DNA from: Acidimicrobiales bacterium
Lineage (GTDB): Bacteria > Actinomycetota > Acidimicrobiia > Acidimicrobiales > Bin134
Length of the DNA stretch: 64,000 nucleotides
NCBI GenBank assembly: GCA_965208785.1
Contig: OZ242356.1
Span: 2,562,929 to 2,626,928, forward strand
Reading direction: 5' to 3'
Shown: one piece after another, positions 1-7,939 of the stretch
Numbering within the stretch: position 1 is the first letter of the stretch
Layout: the number at the start of each line of letters is the position of its first letter
Notes under the pieces: model-generated
Databases searched by the model: none
Seen by the model: only the letters and a program-made list of their open reading frames with translations
Told to the model about the DNA's origin: nothing
Position numbers and translations under genes: made by a program

Positions 1-62
1 ATGGTGCCCATGTCCATCCGCATCTGCGGCATGAACACGCTGAACTGCGGTGTGCTGGTCAT
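1..62 (-). CDS. 5' end of an unidentified gene running off the window (MTSTPQFSVFMPQMRMDMGT...)
   Basis: ATG at 60-62 on the minus strand, one nt after the TAA of the upstream crotonase gene. The frame stays open to the window edge. Too short to assign a family. Confidence 0.3.
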   Translation of the reverse strand, partial: MTSTPQFSVFMPQMRMDMGT

Positions 63-63
63 C

Positions 64-843
64 TTAGGATCCCTTGCCCAGGCCGCGGCGCTGCATGTCT
101 TCGGTGTCTACCGTCCATCTGCGCATGGCTTCTTCTTCGACCTCTTTGGCCTCAGTGAAGCTCATTCCGTCGGTGTCGTCGTAGATCCGCATGGTGGCCG
201 CGGTGGCCGGAGTGGTGGCGGCCACCATCTGGGCCGCTAGATCCCGTGCGTGGGCTAGCAGCTCTCCGTGGGGGACCACGTGGTTGACCAGTCCGATGCG
301 CAGGGCTTCTTCGGCGTAGACGAAGCGGGCGGTGGCGGTCATCTCCTTGGCCATGCGCTTGCCCACCGCTCGGGGCAATAGCGCGGTCATGCCCCAGGCG
401 GCGATAACCCCGATCTTGGCGTGGGTGTCGGCGAATCGGGCTTGGTCGGAGGCCACGATGAAGTCGCAGCTCAGGGCGATCTCCAGGCCGCCGGTGACGC
501 AGGTTCCGTTCACCGCGCAGATCAATGGCTTGGCGGTGTCCCTACAGGACTGAGCCGGGTCCTCAGCCTGGCGCTTGTCCCCGCCGGGGGTTTCCGAGAC
601 CCCGTCGGCGGCCACCTCACGCAGGTCCACGCCGCCAGTGAACACCGGGTCGGCCCCGGTCAAGATGATGGCCTCGACCCCGTCGTCAGCGTCGCAGCCC
701 CGCAACGCGGCGCACAAGTCGTTGCGCATCCGCTTGGTCATGGCATTGCGGGCCTCGGGGCGGTTCAAAGTGATGGTGGCGATGCGGTCGCTGACCTCGA
801 CGAGCAGGTGCTGGTCTTCGAGGGTGATGGCTTTGTCGGTCAT
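64..843 (-). CDS. enoyl-CoA hydratase/isomerase (crotonase) family protein
   Basis: ORF 64..963 trimmed to the ATG at 843 (MTDKAITLED...). Crotonase-type segments ITLNRPEARNAM, ILTGADPVFTGGVDL and CAVNGTCVTGGLEIALSCDF. Lies 11 nt downstream of the aroC stop. Confidence 0.85.
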   Translation of the reverse strand: MTDKAITLEDQHLLVEVSDRIATITLNRPEARNAMTKRMRNDLCAALRGCDADDGVEAIILTGADPVFTGGVDLREVAADGVSETPGGDKRQAEDPAQSCRDTAKPLICAVNGTCVTGGLEIALSCDFIVASDQARFADTHAKIGVIAAWGMTALLPRAVGKRMAKEMTATARFVYAEEALRIGLVNHVVPHGELLAHARDLAAQMVAATTPATAATMRIYDDTDGMSFTEAKEVEEEAMRRWTVDTEDMQRRGLGKGS

Positions 844-854
844 GTGTTCGACAG

Positions 855-1952
855 TCAGCCTTCGCAGTCGATCACGCCCACCGCCTGCTGGCGCAGCCAG
901 TGATCGGCCAGCACCAGCAGCACCTGGGCCTCCACCATGGGCACTGCCCGAGGCAGCACGCACGGATCGTGGCGGCCCCTGGCCGCCAGCGTGACCGGGT
1001 TGTTATCCCGGTCCACGGTCTCCTGGGCCGAGGCGATGGTGGCGGTGGGCTTGAACCCCACTCGGATCACTATGTCCTCGCCGTTGCTGATGCCGCCCTG
1101 CACGCCGCCGGATCGGTTGGTGGCGGTGCGGGGACGGCCGTCGGGACCAGGGGTGAACGGGTCGTTGTGCTCCCGGCCGGTCATGGTCACCCCGGCGAAG
1201 CCCGAGCCGATCTCGAACCCCTTGGCCGCGGGCAGCGACAAGGCGGCCTTGGCCAAATCGGCATCCAACTTGTCGAACACCGGTTCGCCCAGGCCGGGGG
1301 GCACCTTTCGGGCCACGCATTCGACAATCCCGCCCAGGGAGTTGCCGTCGCGTCGAGCCGCCTCGATGGCCTCGGTCATGGCCTCCGCTTGCTCAGGAGA
1401 AGGACAGCGGGTGGCGTCGGCCTCCACATCGGCCAGAGTCACCGCCGCGAGGTCGACATCGGCAGTGATGGTGCCCACCTGGCGGACCCAGGCCAATACC
1501 TCGATGTCAGCCGCGGCCGCCAAGAGCTGGCGGGCGATGGCGCCGGCTGCCACTCGGCCGATGGTCTCCCGGGCGCTGGCCCGGCCTCCGCCCTGCCAGT
1601 TGCGGATGCCGTACTTGGCCTCGGTGGTGTAGTCGGCGTGGGAGGGGCGGTACATGTCCTTGAAGTCTTCGTAGGCGTTGGGCCGGGCATCGGTGTTGCC
1701 CACCAGCATGGCGATGGGCGACCCCAGTGTTCGGCCCTCGAACAACCCCGAGAGGATCGTCACTTTGTCGGCCTCGTCCCGCAAGGTGGTGAGCCGGCTC
1801 TGTCCTGGACGCCTCCGGTCCAGATCGTGCTGGACCATCTCCTCGTCCAGCGGAAGCCGGGGCGGGCAGCCGTCCACCACCGCGCCGATGCCGCCGCCGT
1901 GGGACTCCCCAAACGTCGTGACCCGGAACAACTGCCCCGTCGAACTGCTCAT
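855..1952 (-). CDS. aroC: chorismate synthase
   Basis: 365 aa. [24 protein letters not shown]-terminus, GGISNGE and GRHDPCV segments typical of AroC. Confidence 0.95.
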   Translation of the reverse strand: MSSSTGQLFRVTTFGESHGGGIGAVVDGCPPRLPLDEEMVQHDLDRRRPGQSRLTTLRDEADKVTILSGLFEGRTLGSPIAMLVGNTDARPNAYEDFKDMYRPSHADYTTEAKYGIRNWQGGGRASARETIGRVAAGAIARQLLAAAADIEVLAWVRQVGTITADVDLAAVTLADVEADATRCPSPEQAEAMTEAIEAARRDGNSLGGIVECVARKVPPGLGEPVFDKLDADLAKAALSLPAAKGFEIGSGFAGVTMTGREHNDPFTPGPDGRPRTATNRSGGVQGGISNGEDIVIRVGFKPTATIASAQETVDRDNNPVTLAARGRHDPCVLPRAVPMVEAQVLLVLADHWLRQQAVGVIDCEG

Positions 1953-2191
1953 AGCGACACGATGGAAGGAAGGTCGATCGACGCAATCGGTGCTTCATCG
2001 GCATCCGGATCGCTCACCACGATCACCTCAGGTGAAGCGCCGCTCTCCGCGGCGGCCTCTGCGATCAACGTGGTCAGCTCTTCAAGGGTGTCAGCTCCCG
2101 CGTAGTAGGAGAAGTCGCCCATCTCGCCTTCCGCGCACCACGCGGATCCCCTGTCTGGGTTCTCATAGGCCTTTATCCTGGACATATTCAC
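1949..2191 (-). CDS. hicB: HicB-like antitoxin (N-terminal HicB/UPF0150 fold only, acidic tail)
   Basis: 80 aa, located 14 nt downstream of hicA. The ...[31 protein letters not shown] segment resembles the HicB antitoxin core. Its stop overlaps the aroC ATG (ATGA). No recognisable RHH/HTH tail. Confidence 0.65.
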   Translation of the reverse strand: MNMSRIKAYENPDRGSAWCAEGEMGDFSYYAGADTLEELTTLIAEAAAESGASPEVIVVSDPDADEAPIASIDLPSIVSL

Positions 2192-2205
2192 CCTTCTGTC
2201 GAAGC

Positions 2206-2406
2206 TCAGAGTAGCGCGTCGATTTCAGGGTCAGACAGACCCGCGTCCTCGACGAGCAACTGCCGTAGAAGCCTCGGTGACAATTCTCGCCCCTTGTGCA
2301 TCGGCAAACAGATTGATTTTCTACCCTCTGCTCGCAGCCAAACGTGAGATCCCTTTCCCAGTCCTGGAACTTCCCGGTATCCGATCTTGTGCAACAGGCG
2401 CAGCAC
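2206..2406 (-). CDS. hicA: HicA-family mRNA interferase toxin
   Basis: 66 aa with a GTG start. The LLHKIGYREVPGLGKGSHVWLR...LPMHKGRELSPRLLRQLL segment matches the HicA pattern (G[FY]...GSH...P.H...l..g.l). Visibly lower GC than its neighbours. Confidence 0.75.
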   Translation of the reverse strand: MLRLLHKIGYREVPGLGKGSHVWLRAEGRKSICLPMHKGRELSPRLLRQLLVEDAGLSDPEIDALL

Positions 2407-2534
2407 TTTCGTGACCTTGAGGGCGGGAAATCTTGAAACAGGTCTAGGGATTAGATGAGAATATATCGATAGTGATTGAAAAGCTAACGATTTCCCTGAT
2501 GGTCGCGAGCCACACGCCTCTGTGCCAGAATTGG

Positions 2535-3320
2535 ATGATGGATTTGGGACTATCGGGCAAGGTGGCTTTGGTCACAGGGAGCTATCGGGGGACGGGGAGT
2601 GGGATTGCCCGGGTGTTGGCTGCTGAGGGTGCCGAGGTGGTGGTTCACGGCTTTGAGGAGGGGCAGGCCGATTGGTTGGCCGACGAGATGGGGTCGCCGG
2701 CTCGGGCGGTATGGGGGGATATCTGCACCGATGAAGGGGCTGAAGCGGTGGCCAGCCAGTGCGGCCCGGCGGACATCCTGGTCAACAACTACGGGGTGGC
2801 GGTGGGCGGCACGTGGGGGGACGACGGCACCGATGTGTGGGTTGACGCCTACAACCGCAACGTATTGAGCGCGGTGCGGATGACCCGGCTCATGGTTCCC
2901 GCCATGATGGAGCGGGGCTGGGGCCGAATTGTGCTGGTGTCCACGGTGGGGGCGACCCGCCCTGGCGACCGCATTCCGGGCTACTACGCGGCGAAAGGCG
3001 CCCTGCCTGCCATGACGGTAAGCCTGGCCCGGGAGCTGGCTGGCACTGGAGTGACGGTGAACTGTGTGAGCCCAGGGGCCATTGCCACTCCGGAATTGGT
3101 GGAGATGTGGACCCGCCAAGCCGAGCGGGAGGGCCGCTCCACCGATTGGAGCGATATCGAGCGCCATGTCACCACGGTGCAGATGCCTACGCTCACCGGG
3201 CGCATCGCTACCGTGTCCGACGTGGGGGAGCTGGTGGCCTTCGTGTGCAGCGACCGGGCCCGCCAGATCCACGGTGCCCACCTCCGTATCGACGGGGGTG
3301 CGGCCGACGTGGTGACGTGA
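2535..3320 (+). CDS. short-chain dehydrogenase/reductase (SDR)
   Basis: ORF 2472..3320 trimmed to ATG 2535 (MMDLGLSGKVALVTGSYRGTGSGIA). Rossmann TGxxxGxG and a YxxxK region (YYAAKGAL). Confidence 0.85.
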   Translation: MMDLGLSGKVALVTGSYRGTGSGIARVLAAEGAEVVVHGFEEGQADWLADEMGSPARAVWGDICTDEGAEAVASQCGPADILVNNYGVAVGGTWGDDGTDVWVDAYNRNVLSAVRMTRLMVPAMMERGWGRIVLVSTVGATRPGDRIPGYYAAKGALPAMTVSLARELAGTGVTVNCVSPGAIATPELVEMWTRQAEREGRSTDWSDIERHVTTVQMPTLTGRIATVSDVGELVAFVCSDRARQIHGAHLRIDGGAADVVT

Positions 3321-3348
3321 CCAAGCGGTCGGTCTAGGCTGCCCGGCG

Positions 3349-4866
3349 ATGCCGACCCTCTATGACGTTGTCCGGGATTTCAGTCGCACCTGGCCCGACA
3401 AGCTGGCCGTGCTCACCGAGCAGGACGGCCATCGCACCTACCAGGAGTTGGCCGCTCACGGTGGGGCGCTGGCTCACCAATTCCAAACCCGCTTCGGTCT
3501 GGGTTTGGGCGATCGGGCCTGCATCTGGATGCAAAACCGCCCCGAGTACATCGAGTGCCAGTTGGGAATGCAGGCCATCGGCCTAGCCGGTGTGCCAATA
3601 AACCCCGAGTGGACCGACCCGGAATTGGAGTTTGTGCTCAACCACTCCCGTTGTCGGCTGGTGTTCGCCGAGGCCGAGCGGGCCGAGCGGGCGGTGGCCC
3701 TGACCGCGGGAATGGACTCAATCGAGGCAGTGGTGAGCGTGGATGAGCCGGTGGACGGGGCCCTACTGCTGGCAGACCTCATCGGCGAATCGCCGGAGGG
3801 CGCTGGACTGGACCTGCCTCCGGTGGACGGGTTCGTGGAGGGCAACGTGCTCTACACATCGGGCACCACCACTGGGCGGCCCAAGGCGGTGCCGATGAGC
3901 CCCGAGCTGTTCGCCGGGGGAGCCGTGCCCTATGAGGAGATGTTCGGCCTGAGCCACACTGATCGGTCGCTGGTGGTGACCCCGCTGTTCCACGGCAACG
4001 CCATGGGCGGGGCCATGTCGGCGCTGAGCCGGGGGGCCAGCGTGGTCATGCCCCGCAAGTTCTCGGCGTCGCGCTTCTGGTCGCTGGTCGATCTGTACCG
4101 CCCCACCTACTTTCTCACCCTGGTGCCCATCATCAACATCTTGATGGCCCAGCCCCCCGGTCCCCACGAGAAGTCGCATTCGTTGCGGGTGATGATTCCG
4201 CTGGGCTGCGCGCCGATCATCGAGCAGATCGAGGAGCGCTACGGGGTGCCGTGCATGGACTGGTACGGCATGACCGAGGCGGGGTCGGGCACCTATACCC
4301 GGCTGGACGAGCCCCGCCGCCCCGGCTCAGTGGGCAAGCCGTTCGAGGGGTCGGTGCTGCGGATCTTCTTGCCTGATGGCTCAGAAGCGCCCACGGGGGA
4401 GACGGGGGAGATCTGCTTTCTGCGGTCCACCATCGGCTTCAACGGCTATATCGAAGACCCGGAGGCCACCGAGGCCGCCACCTCGGGCGACTGGTTCCGC
4501 ACCGGCGACCTGGGCTACGTGGACGACGACGGCTACCTCTACTTCGTGGACCGCCAGAAGGACATCGTGCGCCGGGGCGGAGAGAACCTCTCCACCATCG
4601 AGGTGGAAACCGCGCTGCGCACCCACCCCGCCGTGGGCGACATCGCCGTGGTGGCCCGCCCCGACCCGGTGCTGGGGGAGACGGTGGCCGCCTTCATCGT
4701 GGTGGCTGACGGCTGCGACCTCCCTACTGAGGACGACCTGCGGACCCACACCGAGGGAACCCTGGCCCCCTACAAGGTGCCCACCACCATTCAGCCCATC
4801 GACGAGCTCCCCCGCACCGGCAACGGCAAAGTAGAGAAGTTCCGCCTCCGCCATCAGTTCACCTGA
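3349..4866 (+). CDS. AMP-dependent acyl-CoA synthetase/ligase
   Basis: 505 aa. YTSGTTGRPKAV AMP-binding motif and WFRTGDLGYVDDDGYLYFVDRQKD. Confidence 0.9.
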   Translation: MPTLYDVVRDFSRTWPDKLAVLTEQDGHRTYQELAAHGGALAHQFQTRFGLGLGDRACIWMQNRPEYIECQLGMQAIGLAGVPINPEWTDPELEFVLNHSRCRLVFAEAERAERAVALTAGMDSIEAVVSVDEPVDGALLLADLIGESPEGAGLDLPPVDGFVEGNVLYTSGTTTGRPKAVPMSPELFAGGAVPYEEMFGLSHTDRSLVVTPLFHGNAMGGAMSALSRGASVVMPRKFSASRFWSLVDLYRPTYFLTLVPIINILMAQPPGPHEKSHSLRVMIPLGCAPIIEQIEERYGVPCMDWYGMTEAGSGTYTRLDEPRRPGSVGKPFEGSVLRIFLPDGSEAPTGETGEICFLRSTIGFNGYIEDPEATEAATSGDWFRTGDLGYVDDDGYLYFVDRQKDIVRRGGENLSTIEVETALRTHPAVGDIAVVARPDPVLGETVAAFIVVADGCDLPTEDDLRTHTEGTLAPYKVPTTIQPIDELPRTGNGKVEKFRLRHQFT

Positions 4867-6317
4867 TCCGCTGACCAGGGAAAACCGACAACATCTGCTA
4901 ATTTGACATCAACTAGTGGTGTTTCTTTGATGGCATTTGCGGTTTCGTTGGCTTGGGCTGCCTCTTGGGGCTCAATGAGGGCGAAGAGTCGATCTTGGAA
5001 ATCGTGGGCGGGGTGAAACTCGAACTTATTGCCTGCTTTGCTCTTGGTAAAGAGCCCTAGTTCCTCCAACCCGAGCAAGTCGGTGCGGGCTGATTGGTAC
5101 ACAACCCGATGGAGTTGTGCTTGACCTCCGATGGTGAATGTCTGGTACGGATCATTCAATGCGTCGCTGATGATGGAGAGTTGACGGTTGTTGAGTCCTA
5201 CAACGCTTTGCAGGAACTGCTTGGTCTTAGCGATCTCTGCTGTCTTCCGAGTCAGGTAGTCCCGGAGGCTGTCGATGGCCTGTTCGATAACCTCAAGCTG
5301 ATAGATGACGAAGTAGGTGGCGTCGTTGTTGTCGGTTTCGGCCTTCAAGTACGACTTCACATATTGCCCGGGCGCCTTTCTCAGAATCGCGGAGATGGAG
5401 ATGTACTGGGCCAGCCAGTAGCCCGACCGCAGCATGGACCAATAGAACAGCGCTCGAGCGGTGCGTCCGTTGCCGTCGACAAACGGATGGTCATAACCAA
5501 CCCAGAAGTGGACGAGAATCGCCCGTATCACAGGGTGGAGGAAGCCTTCTACGTTCTCACCGTTGGCGAAGGCGCATAGCTGTTCCAGCCGCTTTGGCAG
5601 TTCCTCGGCGGGCGGTGGCATGTGGAGCACCTTGTCGTCGAGGCCGACGACAAAGACTCGCTCTTCGTCTGGCTGTTGGAGGCGACCGGCATCCGAGTCG
5701 TTCTCCAGAGTGCCGTCGGTGACGACGCGGTGCAATTCCAACACATCGTCTGGTGTCAGCGGCCTGTGTTCGCGGGCCATTCGCTCGACTTCGAGCATCC
5801 CATTGAAGTTGTTGAAAACCATGCGCTCCCCATGGGTTCGAGGAGGTCGGCGGGTCTTCAGCATTTCTTTGGCGACTCGTCGGGTAGTCGCTGCGCCTTC
5901 CAACATGCTGGAAGTGATCGCCTCTTCGATAAGCGAGGAGACCAAGTAGCGATCGCTGGACTGCACGTTGGCAATCGCGTCATCTGTCTGAATCCGGCCA
6001 CCGGCGCACTTGTCGATGCTGTGGACTATTTCCTGAACGCGGTCGATATTGGAAAACCGGAATGGGTCTCCCTTCACGCTTTTCAGGGGCAGGAAGTGGG
6101 CGGAAGCAAACCTGCTGAGAGCAGTTCCCAGCCACCACTCGTCAAGGGTGAGTCCATCGGGCGGAGTCCGATGCCTCATTTCATCCCAGTGCAGGTACCT
6201 GCCCCTGGGATCGACCGGCTTCCCTGTGGAAAGCACCTCTAGGAGGCGTTGCGGACTCTCCTGGGAGTTCCTCGAGAACAGGTCGTTCCAATCCGGAGGT
6301 GGGAGCACCTTGGCCAC
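4854..6317 (-). CDS. Fic-family protein (class II, internal inhibitory helix; C-terminal wHTH-like tail)
   Basis: 487 aa with a GTG start. Fic core HPFVDGNGRTARAL. Upstream S-S-M-L-E-G fits the [ST]xxxE[GN] autoinhibition motif. Markedly A/T-richer than the flanks. Its 3' end overlaps the convergent ligase gene by 13 nt. Confidence 0.9.
   Translation of the reverse strand: MAKVLPPPDWNDLFSRNSQESPQRLLEVLSTGKPVDPRGRYLHWDEMRHRTPPDGLTLDEWWLGTALSRFASAHFLPLKSVKGDPFRFSNIDRVQEIVHSIDKCAGGRIQTDDAIANVQSSDRYLVSSLIEEAITSSMLEGAATTRRVAKEMLKTRRPPRTHGERMVFNNFNGMLEVERMAREHRPLTPDDVLELHRVVTDGTLENDSDAGRLQQPDEERVFVVGLDDKVLHMPPPAEELPKRLEQLCAFANGENVEGFLHPVIRAILVHFWVGYDHPFVDGNGRTARALFYWSMLRSGYWLAQYISISAILRKAPGQYVKSYLKAETDNNDATYFVIYQLEVIEQAIDSLRDYLTRKTAEIAKTKQFLQSVVGLNNRQLSIISDALNDPYQTFTIGGQAQLHRVVYQSARTDLLGLEELGLFTKSKAGNKFEFHPAHDFQDRLFALIEPQEAAQANETANAIKETPLVDVKLADVVGFPWSADQVN
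4867..4880. repeat. left copy of the imperfect direct repeat bracketing the Fic islet (TCCGCTGACCAGGG)
   Basis: Begins immediately after the stop codon of the ligase gene. Pairs with 6411..6426 (TCCGCTGGCCAAGGGG): 13 identical positions, one substitution and one 1-nt indel. Confidence 0.45.
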
Positions 6318-6350
6318 GTTGCCATTTTAGGGCCATTGCACGAGTGTTGC

Positions 6351-6384
6351 TACTAATTTTATATGAATTAGTACAAATTAGTAC
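6351..6384. promoter_or_regulatory. three copies of a 9-mer (one inverted TACTAATT, two direct AATTAGTAC) in the A/T-rich Fic upstream region
   Basis: GCTACTAATTTTATATGAATTAGTACAAATTAGTAC sits 34-67 nt upstream of the Fic GTG. Direct copies at 6366..6374 and 6376..6384, inverted copy at 6351..6358. Confidence 0.5.
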
Positions 6385-6410
6385 TTCACTGGTGTGGTTC
6401 GACCACCAAC

Positions 6411-6426
6411 TCCGCTGGCCAAGGGG
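6411..6426. repeat. right copy of the direct repeat bracketing the Fic islet (TCCGCTGGCCAAGGGG)
   Basis: See 4867..4880. Lies where base composition returns to high GC. Confidence 0.45.
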
Positions 6427-6525
6427 CTGCCTCCCATTTTCGGGGGGAACCTCGACAGCACCAGCGAGATCGGCTATGTCACACACCAATGGGACCGCAG
6501 TGCCACAGCGACACTTTTCTCACCG

Positions 6526-7689
6526 TCATTTGGGCGCAGCGAATTCGGCTCGGAGTTGGGGGCCGTGCTGGTTGAGGGCGGGGAGGGTGGGGGCGGTGTC
6601 GCCGGTGGGATTGTCCCAGTCGGCGGTGGTGGCGGGGGCGGGGAGGTCGACGGTGCCGTCGGGGTGGGTGACGGTGATCCGGTCGAGTTGGGGGTGAGCG
6701 GAGAGCCCGGCCACATCGTTGACTGCGCCGAAGGCCATGCGGCTCTTGGTGAGCTTGTCGCGGAGCGCGTCGGTGGGCAATAGGGCGAAAACCTCCCCGA
6801 CTGCTTCGTCTGTCTCCGCCCGGTTGGCGACTCGGGCCTTGTTGGTGGCGAAGCGGGGATGGTGGGCCAGCTCCGGCCGGTCGAGCACCTTCTCGCAAAG
6901 GGTGGCCCATTCCCGGTCGGACTGCACCGCGATGAGCAGGGTGGTGCCATCGGCGGTGGTGAAGCCGCCGTAGGGGGCGATGGACGGGTGGGCCAAACCC
7001 AATCGCTGGGGGCCATGCCCGAGGTAGTCGTGGTGCAGAAGAGGCACCGTCATCCATTCGGCCATGGTGGAGAACAGCGAGACCTCGATGCTGGCGCCCT
7101 CGCCAGTACGGGCCTGGCGGACCAGCGCCTGGCTGATGGCTCGGGCCGCGGCCTCGCCGGTGGCGATGTCGGCCACCGACACCCCGACTCGGCCCAGCGG
7201 CCCCGGTGCCCCGGACACTGAGACCAAGCCGCTTTCGGCCTGCACCAGGAGGTCGTATGCCTTCATGTCGGCATAGGGCCCGGTCGGCCCGTACCCCGAG
7301 ATATCGCAGGTGACCAGCCGGGGGTGCTGCTGGCGCAGAGCCTCAGAGCCGAATCCCAGCCGCTTTGCCGCACCCACGGCCAGGTTCTGGATGCAGACGT
7401 CGGCTTGGGCGACCATCCGACCCAGCATCGCTTGATCTTCATCGCCTTTGAGGTCGAGGACGATCGACTCCTTGCCCCGGTTCAACCAGGCGAAATAGCT
7501 GGCCAGCCCATCGGCGGCGGCGTCGTAGCCCCGGGAGAAGTCGCCCTCGGCCCGCTCTATCTTGATGACCCTGGCTCCGGCATCGGCCAACCGGCAGGAC
7601 GCCAATGGTCCCGCCACCGCTTGTTCGACAGAGACCACCAGCACGCCATCCAGAGGCTTTGCCGAGCTCACTCCAGCAACGTACCCCAC
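6526..7689 (-). CDS. CoA-transferase family III (CaiB/BaiF-type)
   Basis: 387 aa. The PLDGVLVVSVEQAVAGPLASCRLADAGARVIKIERAEGDFSRGYD N-terminus is typical of family III CoA-transferases. Confidence 0.9.
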   Translation of the reverse strand: MGYVAGVSSAKPLDGVLVVSVEQAVAGPLASCRLADAGARVIKIERAEGDFSRGYDAAADGLASYFAWLNRGKESIVLDLKGDEDQAMLGRMVAQADVCIQNLAVGAAKRLGFGSEALRQQHPRLVTCDISGYGPTGPYADMKAYDLLVQAESGLVSVSGAPGPLGRVGVSVADIATGEAAARAISQALVRQARTGEGASIEVSLFSTMAEWMTVPLLHHDYLGHGPQRLGLAHPSIAPYGGFTTADGTTLLIAVQSDREWATLCEKVLDRPELAHHPRFATNKARVANRAETDEAVGEVFALLPTDALRDKLTKSRMAFGAVNDVAGLSAHPQLDRITVTHPDGTVDLPAPATTADWDNPTGDTAPTLPALNQHGPQLRAEFAAPK

Positions 7690-7728
7690 TCGCCTATTGC
7701 AACTGCCAACGGGAATGGCCCTCGACAG

Positions 7729-7915
7729 CTAGTGGTCCGTCTGTGAACTGGCAGGGGCGGATTGCGACGGCAGGGGCGGATTGCGACGGCAGCGGCGTTC
7801 CTCGCAAGGCGCGCCGACGCAGCCATACCCGGAGTGTACGGCAAGGAGGAGCAACGCCGCGAGGGGCGTCGCTGCCTAGCAGGACGCCCTGACCAATTTG
7901 CAGACGGACCACTAG
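7729..7915. repeat. 187-bp inverted-repeat intergenic element (MITE-like, or a long rod-like RNA structure)
   Basis: Perfect 15-bp terminal inverted repeats CTAGTGGTCCGTCTG (7729..7743) and CAGACGGACCACTAG (7901..7915), extendable to 23 bp. Internal 19-bp tandem repeat GGCAGGGGCGGATTGCGAC x2.5 (7750..7797). Inner 18-bp stem 7788..7805 / 7859..7876. Confidence 0.55.
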
Positions 7916-7939
7916 GTCAGAGCACATCGCAATATCAGC

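Noticed and set aside
900-2105. 401-aa plus-strand ORF, with several nested ORFs, opposite aroC
   Set aside because: It is an antisense shadow typical of high-GC DNA. The sequence is Arg/Gly/Ala/Pro-rich and low-complexity with no recognisable motifs. The opposite strand encodes a textbook chorismate synthase.
2482-2495. Weak operator-like sequences AGCTAACGATTTCC (2482), TTGAATCGTCCAGA (57553), and the half-site TGGAAACA at 36209
   Set aside because: Only about 6-8 of 14 positions match the consensus and the palindrome is lost. These are not distinguishable from chance.
6390-6425. tRNA-like GGTTCGA(CC) T-loop motif at the right edge of the Fic islet (possible tRNA-derived att site)
   Set aside because: I could not fold a 5-bp T-stem or an acceptor stem around it, and no CCA-proximal structure is present. 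It is only a 4-bp hairpin.
7750-7797. Tandem repeats (7750..7797, 11021..11088, 57696..57887) considered as CRISPR arrays
   Set aside because: The repeats are head-to-tail with no unique spacers. Units are 17-36 bp and lie in a gene junction or a coding region. No cas genes are present.
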